A DNA stretch of 64,000 bases from a virus, in the IMG/VR virus record IMGVR_UViG_3300042013_000061, positions 1 through 64,000 of that record; one strand, 5' to 3'. The translations under genes were made by a program, and so were the position numbers. The notes beneath the pieces were generated by a model that was not told where the DNA came from, ran no database searches, and was given only the letters and a program-made list of their open reading frames with translations. Each line of letters opens with the position of its first letter. The stretch's first letter is position 1. This document shows, one piece after another, positions 1-9,395 of the stretch.

Positions 1-289
1 TGTTGTAGAACTGCGCGTCGGCAAAATCGAAATACACAACGTCGCTCACTGGCATTTTGTGTTGCGTGTGTTTCCACACTGCCAAGAAAAGATGCTTGGG
101 CAAACGCAGTACAGTTGTCCAGCGATTAACACCGTGCAAACCAGCGCCGTACAGAATTGCAACGCCGCACGCCAGCACCAACAACACACGGCCAATAAAC
201 GGCAGCACGTATTTAACAATGAGAAACGCAGTTGTGAGAACCAGTACAGCAGTAACCCACGAATTTAATTGAATGTCGAAAATGTTCAC
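1..289 (-). CDS. Membrane protein, truncated by window edge
   Basis: GTG start overlaps stop of 286..966 (GTGA); open to position 1; hydrophobic segments (WVTAVLVLTTAFLIV, VLLVLACGVAILY). Read manually, not in ORF track. Confidence 0.7.
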   Translation of the reverse strand, partial: MNIFDIQLNSWVTAVLVLTTAFLIVKYVLPFIGRVLLVLACGVAILYGAGLHGVNRWTTVLRLPKHLFLAVWKHTQHKMPVSDVVYFDFADAQFYN

Positions 290-966
290 GGCTTGTACCT
301 CACTTGATCCTTCAGGAATTCAGCGTGGGTAATTGTCAGGCGAACCAGATGGGCTTCGCGTCCGTCTTTACCTACACACGGAATTGTCAGCGACGTTTTA
401 ACGTGCGTGTATTTGTGTTGCAGGATTTGGCGCGTAAATTCCGCAGCCTCTTCCAGCGTCGTTTTATAATCGTCTTCGTGCATGTCGAAATGCGGCATGG
501 CAACAATGTCGATGTACTCGGCGCCCGTGTTGTGGTGATCCGTATAAACCAGCGTGTCACCGTCCCACGCTTTCGGCCACAGATTGCCACGCGTGCGCAC
601 GTAGCCAATCGACACACCTGTATCTTGCCGACCGGGAGTTTTAAATTCGAAGTCGCCATAAAACACAGAAGTGACGCGGTGAATTTCCAGCGATTCTTCG
701 CCCGGTGCAATCGGTGCGGGTTCGTGCTGAATCAACGGGAATTCAATAATGTTGCGCGTCAAATCTTGCGCAAGACAGAAACCCTGAAACAGCGTATCGA
801 GGCGCACGCCGGAATAACCGGACTCAGTACGCATGTCGCTGTAAACTTCGATGGCACGGCAATTTAACTTGCTCATGACCTTTTCGAATTTCTCACGATC
901 CAACGCGAAATTTACTTTGCGCTGGTCTTCGTCAATTTTGAATTTTGGCGGAAATGAAATGTTCAT
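286..966 (-). CDS. Hypothetical phage protein (226 aa)
   Basis: ORF in tightly packed minus-strand run, overlapping neighbours. Confidence 0.8.
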   Translation of the reverse strand: MNISFPPKFKIDEDQRKVNFALDREKFEKVMSKLNCRAIEVYSDMRTESGYSGVRLDTLFQGFCLAQDLTRNIIEFPLIQHEPAPIAPGEESLEIHRVTSVFYGDFEFKTPGRQDTGVSIGYVRTRGNLWPKAWDGDTLVYTDHHNTGAEYIDIVAMPHFDMHEDDYKTTLEEAAEFTRQILQHKYTHVKTSLTIPCVGKDGREAHLVRLTITHAEFLKDQVRYKP

Positions 967-1262
967 AGCTGGTGTCCTTCCTTGAAATCGGCTTTGTGGC
1001 GGCGCTTGTATTCACCATAACCGCGACTGCAATTTGCAATTATGTCTTCGTACCGGCCAATGGGATACGCGTCTGCCATTTCTGGCGGCATTTCGTATTC
1101 TTTCGCGTAGGCTTTTGCACTCTCTTCGGTGTCGAAGAAAACATGCACGTTCTTTGCGAGGTCGTATTCACAGCCACCGGGAATGTACCAACGACTCACG
1201 ACAAATTTAGTCGTTGTCTTTCTGTACAACGTGCCTTCGTGTTCCGCGATGTACAGATTCAT
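963..1262 (-). CDS. Hypothetical phage protein
   Basis: ORF packing. Confidence 0.75.
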   Translation of the reverse strand: MNLYIAEHEGTLYRKTTTKFVVSRWYIPGGCEYDLAKNVHVFFDTEESAKAYAKEYEMPPEMADAYPIGRYEDIIANCSRGYGEYKRRHKADFKEGHQL

Positions 1263-1264
1263 TT

Positions 1265-1990
1265 TTAAACCCCCAGCAATTTCCGTTGACGTGGAGTGAG
1301 TGCAGCGAGCGCTTCGGCCTTTTCTTTTTTCACCTTGGCTTCTTTGCGCTCTTTTGCTTTACGCGCCTTATCGACCTTTTCGTGCATTTCCCACCACGAT
1401 GCAACATCACGCATTTTTGCGTCGGTAGCATCGCTATAAAGCAGCTTGCGGCGTTCTTCTTTAGACAGCGCGGTAATGATCGCGCAGAGTTCCGTCGCGT
1501 TGCGTTCGTCCTTCGCGTAAATGTTTTTCGCTTCACGTTTGAGCCACGCCGGTACAGACATTTCCAAACGCTGGCGCACCACAACTTGAAAACGTGCCGC
1601 GTCTTGCAGCAGACGTTCGCGTTGGGTCGGTTCCATATGATCGCAATTGCAAGGCATGATTTTTCCCTCGTGGACATTATTAACAAAAGTGACGACCGCG
1701 TTTTCGATAATTCGCAACGGGTCTTGTGTGTGCGTGCCTTCGTTCCAAATTTCAGGCGTACACGAAACTTCGAAATGGAATTCCACGCCCCGGCGCAGAA
1801 ATCCCGTTACGCGATTTGGGTTTCGGCGTTCGTGCGAATCCGTCATCCATTCCCACTGCCAACCAATCGGCAATTCAGGCAATCGGAATTCGTATTTCTT
1901 GGGAATCGCTTTTCCCGTAACTGGTACGTGTCCGCGCCAGCCGTAACGCCCGTTCTTTAATCCGGTCGTCCATGCTTTAATTGCGCCCAT
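1265..1990 (-). CDS. Hypothetical phage protein; C-terminal half MPCxxDxMEP...WWxxH type
   Basis: AAGGA RBS; C-terminal motif resembles a recurrent phage hypothetical family. Confidence 0.75.
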   Translation of the reverse strand: MGAIKAWTTGLKNGRYGWRGHVPVTGKAIPKKYEFRLPELPIGWQWEWMTDSHERRNPNRVTGFLRRGVEFHFEVSCTPEIWNEGTHTQDPLRIIENAVVTFVNNVHEGKIMPCNCDHMEPTQRERLLQDAARFQVVVRQRLEMSVPAWLKREAKNIYAKDERNATELCAIITALSKEERRKLLYSDATDAKMRDVASWWEMHEKVDKARKAKERKEAKVKKEKAEALAALTPRQRKLLGV

Positions 1991-2000
1991 GATAATTCCT

Positions 2001-2264
2001 TTACGATTTTACGTGCCACTCGGAACCGTTAACCCACACGGCGCCTTTTTCTTCCAGCGTCTTTGCCATTTCATCAGTAACGAGACAAAGTTTCGCAGGG
2101 CCGTTAACCGAACTGAATTCTGCGTAAGTGCCAGCCGCTTTAATTTCTACAGCCTTCGCGTTAAACAGTTCTTCCGATTTCGCCACCACATAACCGTCAG
2201 GGCGATTTCCCCAGCCGGATTCATATTCGGTGACGCCACTGAAATACGCTACGTTCTGAGTCAT
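2001..2264 (-). CDS. Conserved phage protein (EYESGWGxRPDG motif)
   Basis: AAGGA RBS; motif recognition. Confidence 0.75.
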   Translation of the reverse strand: MTQNVAYFSGVTEYESGWGNRPDGYVVAKSEELFNAKAVEIKAAGTYAEFSSVNGPAKLCLVTDEMAKTLEEKGAVWVNGSEWHVKS

Positions 2265-2338
2265 ACAATTTTCCTTCTATTATCTTTCCTAGCATCCCAT
2301 TGCCTACCAACACGGATAGGCAAGTGGATAACGTCGGA

Positions 2339-2590
2339 TTAAAAATTTACGTGGAGTGTGTGCGACGTGTACGCATAACCGGGCGGTAATTCATCAGGGT
2401 TGCCCGCGTCGAAATCCGGGTCGGGATTCTCGGGATCGTAGATCATCGTTTCAACCGAAAAGAAAACCGGCGCCCACCAGTCGTACAAATCAAATGACGC
2501 ACAGTAGGTCATTTGATCTGGCCCTTTGTCTACGTCGAGCCACGCAGTAACAGCACCATTGCGCCCGTGCTTAACTTCGAAATCAAACAT
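2339..2590 (-). CDS. Hypothetical protein
   Basis: GGAG RBS, ORF packing. Confidence 0.7.
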   Translation of the reverse strand: MFDFEVKHGRNGAVTAWLDVDKGPDQMTYCASFDLYDWWAPVFFSVETMIYDPENPDPDFDAGNPDELPPGYAYTSHTLHVNF

Positions 2591-2756
2591 CGTTCAAACT
2601 CCCTTTAGGCTTGAGTATGCGCGCCTTGCGCATGTACTCGTTTCGGTCTGCCAAGTATTCGGCAGCGGCCATAGTAAACCCGGCGCGTTTAGCTTTCAAG
2701 TAATACGTGTTCGCATACCGGGCTTGATGCACGAGCCACCACAGCGATTCGCTCAT
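2583..2756 (-). CDS. Small hypothetical protein (MSESLWW...)
   Basis: ATGA coupling to 2753..3160; start reassigned. Confidence 0.6.
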   Translation of the reverse strand: MSESLWWLVHQARYANTYYLKAKRAGFTMAAAEYLADRNEYMRKARILKPKGSLNDV

Positions 2757-3160
2757 ATGTCGTCGTCCATTGCTTGTTTGCGTGCGGCTTCGCGTTTCGC
2801 TGCACATTCAGCGTTGTAGATTTTCGAAGCCTTGCGATTGTATTCCGGTTTGAAGTGCCAACCGAAAATACCGTACCAGCTAGACATATTGTTCGAACTG
2901 CTTTCCATGCTGTTGCCGATGAACAAAAGCGGTTCAAGAAAAATTGCACGCAGGATTTGAATAATGATATGGCCCGCGTGTGCGCCACCTTTGTAATAAA
3001 GCACGGCGGTATAAAGTCCGTAACTCCAACCGCGCAAGAGTGGGCGGGCGAAGAAACCAATCAAAATTGGCGTTACGCAGAAACCGACAATCATGCAGGC
3101 GTAAGCGTAAATCTGCACAACTTTCGGCATGCTCATTAATGTTGTGAAAATAGTTTCCAT
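2753..3160 (-). CDS. Membrane protein
   Basis: AGGAG RBS; hydrophobic segments. Confidence 0.75.
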   Translation of the reverse strand: METIFTTLMSMPKVVQIYAYACMIVGFCVTPILIGFFARPLLRGWSYGLYTAVLYYKGGAHAGHIIIQILRAIFLEPLLFIGNSMESSSNNMSSWYGIFGWHFKPEYNRKASKIYNAECAAKREAARKQAMDDDI

Positions 3161-3171
3161 GATGCGTCTCC

Positions 3172-3366
3172 TTAATGCAGCGGCAAGTTAACTTGTTTAA
3201 TGTCCCAACCGAGGCTGTTCACCACGGACTCTTCACCACGATAAAACACTTTGCGCATTTCACGCGGTACGCCTTGCAGCGTTTCGCAGATTTGAGAATT
3301 CGTTTGTTCGACGACTTCAATTTGACCGTCAGGATATTTAATCCGAACCAGCGTGGTATCGCACAT
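3172..3366 (-). CDS. Hypothetical protein
   Basis: AGGAG RBS. Confidence 0.7.
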   Translation of the reverse strand: MCDTTLVRIKYPDGQIEVVEQTNSQICETLQGVPREMRKVFYRGEESVVNSLGWDIKQVNLPLH

Positions 3367-3433
3367 GCTGTTGACTCCTTGCAGTTAGCTTCCCCTTACG
3401 CGCTCGTTGGAACGGGTAAGAGTGAAACATCAC

Positions 3434-3703
3434 TTACATTGCATCTTCGTGCAGCAAATTCAGTTCCTGCAATTTCACCGACAATTCAATAAAGCCAGTG
3501 CCGGTGATTACTTCGGTGCCCGCTGCTGTGACCATGTTCAACGTGAAGAAATCACGATCAGCAATTACGAGCGTACCGACGAAAAATTCATCACGCCCAA
3601 CCTTGCGCGTAATGTTGTAAACCGTGCTGCCTGTGTAGCTGGCCGAGGAAATGTTAATGTCCGGGGCGAACAGGGCTTTGACTGTATTTCGGGAATGGAT
3701 CAT
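3434..3703 (-). CDS. Hypothetical protein
   Basis: AGGAG RBS. Confidence 0.7.
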   Translation of the reverse strand: MIHSRNTVKALFAPDINISSASYTGSTVYNITRKVGRDEFFVGTLVIADRDFFTLNMVTAAGTEVITGTGFIELSVKLQELNLLHEDAM

Positions 3704-3717
3704 GGTATTTCTCCTGA

Positions 3718-3858
3718 TTAGATTTTGGTGGCGCCGCGTGGTTTAGGTGCGTTCTTTTTCTTGCGGTATTCCATGTAGCAGATTGCGAACATGATCGCAG
3801 CAACACCAGCCAGTACGGCGATTTCTTTTACGTGGCCGATTACGGTTACTTCGTACAT
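3718..3858 (-). CDS. 46-aa single-TM membrane protein (MYEVTVIG...ATKI)
   Basis: Manually read ORF filling the gap; TM helix then basic tail. Confidence 0.65.
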   Translation of the reverse strand: MYEVTVIGHVKEIAVLAGVAAIMFAICYMEYRKKKNAPKPRGATKI

Positions 3859-3886
3859 TTGAAAACTCACTTCTTAAAAAGGTTGA

Positions 3887-4303
3887 TTAGCAGATTTTGT
3901 AGTTGCCGGATTTCAGCAGGTCGCGCATTACGTCACGCGTCATCATTGCAGGGCCGTTTTCACCGCTGCGCAGATGCTGTATATAGTCGCCGTATTCCGG
4001 CCCGTGCCCTAAAACGAATTCGATGCAGTACGGCGCCGTTTCCGGGTCAGGGTATTTCTCTTTGTGTTCCTTGCGCAAACGGTCGCAATATAAATTGTAG
4101 CCTGCAACGTCTGCGCCGATGTTCGTCAGATACACGAACGCCTTTTTGCCCTCTTCCGAAAGCATGCTGGTTTGCGACGACAGCGTGTCGAAATGAAACG
4201 TCATACCAACGTCACCAATTCGCACCGTGTCGCCTTCGCGTAATTCACCAATCAAATCCGGTGACGCGGCAAGGTCGAGCACCATTCCTTTTAACAGTGT
4301 CAT
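3887..4303 (-). CDS. Hypothetical protein
   Basis: GAGGA RBS. Confidence 0.75.
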   Translation of the reverse strand: MTLLKGMVLDLAASPDLIGELREGDTVRIGDVGMTFHFDTLSSQTSMLSEEGKKAFVYLTNIGADVAGYNLYCDRLRKEHKEKYPDPETAPYCIEFVLGHGPEYGDYIQHLRSGENGPAMMTRDVMRDLLKSGNYKIC

Positions 4304-4315
4304 TTTTATTTCCTC

Positions 4316-4462
4316 TTAGATCGAATTGCGGAAACGACGTTGAGCCGCTTGCAATTCTTTTGCACGATTCTGTTCAGCGGCAACTTGCTCGCTGTTCCAC
4401 TGCCAAGTTTTCTTTGCAGTGTTCGAAACGGTGGTGCGGGATTGGGCATTGAATGCGCGCAT
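4316..4462 (-). CDS. 48-aa early protein (MRAFNAQ...RNSI)
   Basis: Manually read ORF; AAGGA RBS; first gene after early promoter. Confidence 0.7.
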   Translation of the reverse strand: MRAFNAQSRTTVSNTAKKTWQWNSEQVAAEQNRAKELQAAQRRFRNSI

Positions 4463-4500
4463 TGGAAACTTCCTTTAAGCTGTGAGTTAAGATTCTATCA

Positions 4501-4553
4501 GGCGTTAGTGCCGATCTGGAATCAATAGTGCCCGAATGCCAATAGGAAGTCAA
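4501..4553 (-). promoter_or_regulatory. Early sigma70-like promoter with leader palindrome variant
   Basis: TTGACT-17-CACTAT followed by GGCACTAACGCC. Confidence 0.7.
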
Positions 4554-4560
4554 CGCGCAG

Positions 4561-4604
4561 AAACGACGAAAGGCCCACGGCCCTTGTTATGGGGCGGTGA
4601 GCCT
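4561..4604 (-). terminator. Rho-independent terminator
   Basis: AGGCTCAC...GTGGGCCT stem then TTCGTCGTTT. Confidence 0.6.
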
Positions 4605-4609
4605 ATTCG

Positions 4610-4849
4610 TTAGGTGCCGTATTGCAGGCGGTGACGGCCTTTCGCTTTGAGTTCGGCCTTTGTGTTTGGAACGCCTTTGATAGTGGCGCCCGTCTGCTTT
4701 GCGAAACCGTTAACCAGATGGTCTTCGAAATCTGCGAAGCGGCGCGCTTCTGTTTCTTTTGCCGACCAACTGAATTTGTAACCGAAGCCAGTTGCATATG
4801 AATGCCCTGTCATGAACTTACCGCGTTTCATTAATAGTAGTGCCATCAC
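4610..4849 (-). CDS. Small basic hypothetical protein
   Basis: GTGA coupling; GGAG RBS. Confidence 0.6.
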   Translation of the reverse strand: MMALLLMKRGKFMTGHSYATGFGYKFSWSAKETEARRFADFEDHLVNGFAKQTGATIKGVPNTKAELKAKGRHRLQYGT

Positions 4850-5061
4850 GCAACTCCCTTTTCGTATTCGTATGTAATCCCAACACGCCGACGATTTGTC
4901 AGCGATACGTTTTCTTCACGCAGCAAACGCACTTCACATTCTGCTTCAATTGCGCGACGTTTCCATTTTGCAATTTCACTGGCCTGTATATAAACCAATC
5001 CGATTACACACAGACCGCCGAACACCGAAAGTGACGCTGCTATAATTTCCACGATACTCAT
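4846..5061 (-). CDS. Single-TM coiled-coil protein
   Basis: AGGAGG RBS; N-terminal TM. Confidence 0.75.
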   Translation of the reverse strand: MSIVEIIAASLSVFGGLCVIGLVYIQASEIAKWKRRAIEAECEVRLLREENVSLTNRRRVGITYEYEKGVA

Positions 5062-5100
5062 ACATCCTCCTAAATCCGTTTTCAGAGAGCCGCATAATAT

Positions 5101-5481
5101 TTAAAGTGCTACGCATTCCAGTTTCGCAGTTGCCTTTGTTTCAGTCGCCGCCTGCATTAAATCGGCGCGGTAGTGATCCGCGTTCTTTGCACAAAGCGGT
5201 TGACCGCCTTTCCCGTAGAACCGTGCGAGTTCCAAAAGTTCTTTCTGACCATTTGCCACGGTCAAATCGAAATTCAGTTTCGCCGTCGCTGCAATCGTTG
5301 CCGGTTTTGCATCGGTGTGGCATTCGAATGTGCCTTGCCGCTTTTCATTACGTGCGGCGGTCTGCATTCCGAATTTGTTAGTGGAACACATTTCGGTCGC
5401 CATCACCGTGAAGAAATCTGCTACGCGTTCTTCTTTGCACGGTTGACCTTGCAGGCACACGCTAAGGAAAAGAGAAATCAT
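5101..5481 (-). CDS. Cys-containing protein with internal duplication
   Basis: Two similar halves (vAxF...C...LEC/FEC). Confidence 0.7.
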   Translation of the reverse strand: MISLFLSVCLQGQPCKEERVADFFTVMATEMCSTNKFGMQTAARNEKRQGTFECHTDAKPATIAATAKLNFDLTVANGQKELLELARFYGKGGQPLCAKNADHYRADLMQAATETKATAKLECVAL

Positions 5482-5493
5482 CGGAACGTCCTT

Positions 5494-5976
5494 TTATTTA
5501 AGTTGGGTAGCCAAATATTTATTGGCAGTGTGAATGTACTTGCGGAATTCTGGAACCGACTCGCAATCGTTATAATCGCGGTCGTACACATAGAAGCGCG
5601 AGGTGCGGCGTTTGTTATGTGTGATCCAGTATTGATGGGAAAGTGCGAGGTCGTAAATTTCAGGCTCGTATGCGCGGGCAAAGTCGAAAACGATTTTGTA
5701 TTCGCGGTTATACGATGGCACAGTGATTTGCCAACTGTAGATCAAACCCTTTTCAGGCTTGCCCTTTTTCACGTACCCGCCCAGCAGAATTGCGCACTCG
5801 CAAATTCGATTCATGATCGCGGTTTGCTTGGCCTGCATTTTCGCAATGCGGTCGCTCAATTCGTGCGGCGTGATATTGCGTTCTTTAGCCGCTTTCAAAA
5901 ACTGAATCGAATCACGCGTTGCGTTGAACAGCGATTCCAGTTCTGCCAGTTGTCCGTCAAATGCTGCGTTCCACAT
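5494..5976 (-). CDS. Hypothetical protein
   Basis: GAGG RBS. Confidence 0.75.
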   Translation of the reverse strand: MWNAAFDGQLAELESLFNATRDSIQFLKAAKERNITPHELSDRIAKMQAKQTAIMNRICECAILLGGYVKKGKPEKGLIYSWQITVPSYNREYKIVFDFARAYEPEIYDLALSHQYWITHNKRRTSRFYVYDRDYNDCESVPEFRKYIHTANKYLATQLK

Positions 5977-5983
5977 AAAAACC

Positions 5984-6628
5984 TCACAGATAAATGAAGG
6001 CGTCCAATTCCGGTAGACGTTCTTCGCTTTTGAATTTCCGCATGGCCCACAGCGCGGTCATAATGCAGCCTTGATCGTGCAGAAGGTTCGCCGGGTAAAT
6101 TGCAGTCGGCGCGGTATAAAGTTTGCGCATCACTTCGGCGCGCAAGTCATTCGGGTTTTCATAAATCACCTGAATTTCTTTTGTCGCCATTACGAAACGC
6201 ATAATGAAACCATGCTTGAGCATTTCGTCTTTGAACTGGTGGTAGGCCGTACCGTTAAACGGGAAGCCATCGAAGTTCGGATAATCGTATTTTGGAATCG
6301 GTGCAGCTTCGCTTTCTGGTTGCAGTACATCTGCGATTGCTTCCAGATGCTCAAGCATTTCCGCACGCTGTTCCTTTACAGAATCAGCAGCTACAGGAAT
6401 GCGCAAAGCAGCAGCGGCCTTTTCATCGCTGGTCAATGCAAATTCACGCACGGGCGCACGACGTTCAACGCCATTCCAGAAACCGGCCTGCTTGCGTTCT
6501 TCACGCCAGCGAACATTGTCCGCAGCCGATGCTAATTGGCGCTGTTTTGCTTCCTTTAGATAAATGTACGCAAGCGCAAGTAAACCCACGCAGATTGCGA
6601 CACCGATAATTAACATAACCTTTTCCAT
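5984..6628 (-). CDS. Membrane-anchored protein
   Basis: AGGAG RBS; N-terminal TM; WNGVERR motif. Confidence 0.8.
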   Translation of the reverse strand: MEKVMLIIGVAICVGLLALAYIYLKEAKQRQLASAADNVRWREERKQAGFWNGVERRAPVREFALTSDEKAAAALRIPVAADSVKEQRAEMLEHLEAIADVLQPESEAAPIPKYDYPNFDGFPFNGTAYHQFKDEMLKHGFIMRFVMATKEIQVIYENPNDLRAEVMRKLYTAPTAIYPANLLHDQGCIMTALWAMRKFKSEERLPELDAFIYL

Positions 6629-6650
6629 CGTCGCGCTCCTTTTTTGCTAG

Positions 6651-6690
6651 ACGAAAAATAACCCCCTTTGAATTTCTTCGCCGGGGGTTT
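6651..6690 (-). terminator. Rho-independent terminator
   Basis: AACCCCC...GGGGGTT stem then ATTTTTCGT. Confidence 0.65.
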
Positions 6691-6705
6691 AGGAAAGCGC
6701 CCGTA

Positions 6706-8187
6706 TTACAGAGCGCGGAATTCTTCAGCAGTAAGCGGCTTGCCGGTGTAGGTCAGTTGACCATCGAGGAAAATGATTTGATCGAACGGCAGCGGGAAAC
6801 GATTTTCGGTGATTGCGTAACGAACGTTCTCACGACGTACAACGCGTTCGATTGGCACGATTACCGATTTAGCGCCCTTCACTACACGCACGCCATTATC
6901 ACGAACGTCGGTGATGGTTGGGCGCGCTTCTACAACGTGCATTTTCTTCGGTGCAGCTTCAGCCTTTGCGAAGTCGGCTTTTTTGTTGCCGGTGGTTTTG
7001 CGAGTGTTGTCTGCTTTCTTTTCAGCTTTCAACGCTGCAATGGTCGGCGCCAGTTTTGCAGTGGCTTTAGCAGGCTTTGCAGCCGGTGCAACTTCGTCAG
7101 CAACAAACTTGCCACGGTTGTTTTTGCGCAGGCTGGACACTGCAACGCGAGTGCCTTCCTCGGTGACAATGTAGCGTTCGCCATCAGTACCTTTTACAAC
7201 CTTGCCGATGGTTTCAGCTTTGCGACCGTTCATGTAAACAGCGCCGCGCAAATCGTTACCGGTGAATTCTACCGCGTCAGCTTTCGGTGCGGCTTTTGCA
7301 GCGGCTTTAGGGGCCGGAGTTTTTGCAGCAGCTTTTGCTTCTTTTGCAGCCGGTGCAGCCTTCGAACCGGATTTAACCATTTTGCCGGTTTTCACGTCGC
7401 GGATATTCGCGATGAAATGTTTGCCCGACGATTCAGCGGTTTCGAGCGCTTTAGCTTCGCTCAATTTCACGCCTTCGTATGCCCACACTGCGCCGTCTTT
7501 GAAAACAACGATCAGAGTTTGGTCGTTGCGGTCATATTCGGCAGAAACCAGATTCGACGACTTGCTGATTTCCAGATGGCGAACCGGGAAACGGCGAGTG
7601 CTGGTTTCGGCTTCGAATTCTTCAGCCGCTGGCTTTTTGGCCGAAACTTTTGCAGCCGGAGTTTTTGCAGCGGCTTTTGGTGCTGGTGCTACCGGCGCGT
7701 TGTTGACGTATTTCGAAACAGCGTCAACAGCTACGCGCAGATTGCCGCGATTGTTGCGTTCGATATCGGCCAGCAAAATGCGAGTGCCTTTATCAGTGAC
7801 GGCGAAACGTTGTTCGGTTTCTTTGTCCTTCACGATGCGAGTAACGGTTTCTTTCGCACGACCGATCAGAACGATTTGATCGCGAACTTCAGTCGCTTTC
7901 AATTCCACGACTTCGGCAGCAGGTTTTGCAGCCGGGGTTTTCGGTGCAGCAGCCGGGGTTTTAACAGCGGCGGTTTTCGGTGCAGCTTTCGGAGCGACTT
8001 CGGCCTGTTTGGCTTTGAAGTCTTTCGCCCACGATTTCAATTCGCGGAATTTAACGCCGTTGCCCATGTCTTGGCCCAGCGCATAAAGAACTTCACCGGT
8101 TTCCGATTTGTGCGCCTTGTTCTGAGCTTCCAGAGCGGCAACAGCAACGGACAACATAGCAGCGACGGTGTGAGTGGTAGTAGTCAT
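6706..8187 (-). CDS. Ala/Lys/Pro-rich (histone H1/AlgP-like linkers) protein with KTSC domain and three repeated beta domains
   Basis: KTSC-like motif SSNLVSAEYD...LIVVFKDGAVWAYEGV...AESSGKHF; many KTPAA/KPAA repeats; start reassigned to MTTTTH (AAGGGA RBS). Confidence 0.8.
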   Translation of the reverse strand: MTTTTHTVAAMLSVAVAALEAQNKAHKSETGEVLYALGQDMGNGVKFRELKSWAKDFKAKQAEVAPKAAPKTAAVKTPAAAPKTPAAKPAAEVVELKATEVRDQIVLIGRAKETVTRIVKDKETEQRFAVTDKGTRILLADIERNNRGNLRVAVDAVSKYVNNAPVAPAPKAAAKTPAAKVSAKKPAAEEFEAETSTRRFPVRHLEISKSSNLVSAEYDRNDQTLIVVFKDGAVWAYEGVKLSEAKALETAESSGKHFIANIRDVKTGKMVKSGSKAAPAAKEAKAAAKTPAPKAAAKAAPKADAVEFTGNDLRGAVYMNGRKAETIGKVVKGTDGERYIVTEEGTRVAVSSLRKNNRGKFVADEVAPAAKPAKATAKLAPTIAALKAEKKADNTRKTTGNKKADFAKAEAAPKKMHVVEARPTITDVRDNGVRVVKGAKSVIVPIERVVRRENVRYAITENRFPLPFDQIIFLDGQLTYTGKPLTAEEFRAL

Positions 8188-8322
8188 GGCGTGTATCCCT
8201 TTTAAAAATGAGGTTGGCATTATTGCCGGTCTGAAAAACGTTTTGCCTTAGAGGCGCATAGCTGGTCAAGCATTTGCAGCAGGTTCGAAACTTACCCTAA
8301 TCTGTTAGTGCAGATTCGTATG

Positions 8323-8371
8323 GGCATATTTGCCGAGATTCAATATTGCGTGAAAGCTGTTTGAACGTCAA
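8323..8371 (-). promoter_or_regulatory. Early sigma70-like promoter with GGCAAATATGCC element
   Basis: TTGACG-17-CAATAT-TGAATCTC-GGCAAATATGCC. Confidence 0.75.
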
Positions 8372-8463
8372 CCCCCTGTGCAAACTTTCTTTGCTGGTGG
8401 GCAGATTCGCTAGGCCAGCCCCGCTGCACATTCCGAAACCGGCGAATGTGCAGGAAGGCTTAT

Positions 8464-8724
8464 CTATCGTTGGGGAAACCACGGAAACCGTTTCCAGCCG
8501 CATACAACGGGCAACCAAAGGAAAACCAGCGTAGCCAGTGCTTCCAGCGCTGCGCGGGCCTTCAGCCAGCCCCGTAGTTCCGCGTACTGTTCGTAAACCG
8601 TGCCGCACTGCTTATCTGTATGCCGCGCTTCCTGTATGTACTTCACGACCACACAGAACAGAAACGCGCCGATTGCCATGTAAACGAGAACCGGTATCAA
8701 AATGTACAGCCACCACATAATCAA
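8464..8724 (-). CDS. Two-TM membrane protein
   Basis: Hydrophobic segments; TTGA coupling. Confidence 0.7.
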   Translation of the reverse strand: MIMWWLYILIPVLVYMAIGAFLFCVVVKYIQEARHTDKQCGTVYEQYAELRGWLKARAALEALATLVFLWLPVVCGWKRFPWFPQR

Positions 8725-9392
8725 CCCTCGACAGTTTGCCAGCCAGTGGCGTCAGATTTCAGCCGTTGCAAGGCGCTCATAGAAACGTACATAGGCACCA
8801 AAACGTTATAGGCCGACTCGAAATCAATTTCCGGTGCGCCAGCTTCGAAAAGCTCAATTCCGCGTGCGGTGATGCTTTCCGTTTCGTCGTCGAGAACTTT
8901 AGCCATTTCTTCAGCTTCAGCAATCGACCAATTCAACGAACCGCGAACGTCGGCGTAAAACGCGCCTAGAATCTTTCGCATGTCGTCTTGAAAGATTTCC
9001 GCCAGAATTGAAACGCGTGTGAATTCCAATTCAGCGATTTCGCCAATGTGAATATCCTGCACGCGTTGAACGCGGTCGCTTTCCGTTTTCCAGTTTGCAG
9101 GCTTCAGCAGTGCCAAAGAATTCAAACCGGAATGGCAGCATTGAACAGCAACGCGTAATTCGAACAGGCCGTTTTCAATCAAACGAAATTGCTGTTCGTT
9201 GGTAATGGCTTCGACGTGCGAACCGTATTGATTCGGCGTGCCGTCTTCTTTTGCCCAACCCGCGATGTTGCCTTCGTCGTCGATCCACGCAATTAACGTC
9301 GGATCGTTTTCATCAGCAACGCCCTTTTCAACGGACTGCATTGCTTCAGCAGCGTTCGGGTTTGCGTGGTGGTACACGTAAACAGTGGACAT
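8721..9392 (-). CDS. Hypothetical protein (223 aa)
   Basis: GAGGA RBS, ORF packing. Confidence 0.8.
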   Translation of the reverse strand: MSTVYVYHHANPNAAEAMQSVEKGVADENDPTLIAWIDDEGNIAGWAKEDGTPNQYGSHVEAITNEQQFRLIENGLFELRVAVQCCHSGLNSLALLKPANWKTESDRVQRVQDIHIGEIAELEFTRVSILAEIFQDDMRKILGAFYADVRGSLNWSIAEAEEMAKVLDDETESITARGIELFEAGAPEIDFESAYNVLVPMYVSMSALQRLKSDATGWQTVEG

Positions 9393-9395
9393 TAT

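Noticed and set aside
2300-2323. Intergenic hairpin TTGCCTA...TAGGCAA
   Set aside because: No U-tract or matching promoter geometry, and its GGA loop is on the non-transcribed strand; function unsupported.
6757-8205. 482-aa plus-strand ORF and short DNA repeats
   Set aside because: Antisense to the H1-like gene; the repeats encode KTPAA linkers and are not a CRISPR array or iterons.
8216-8270. Second TTGACC promoter in the leader of the H1-like gene
   Set aside because: Best -10 is CAAAAC at 18 bp, too weak to call; only the palindrome variant is reported.
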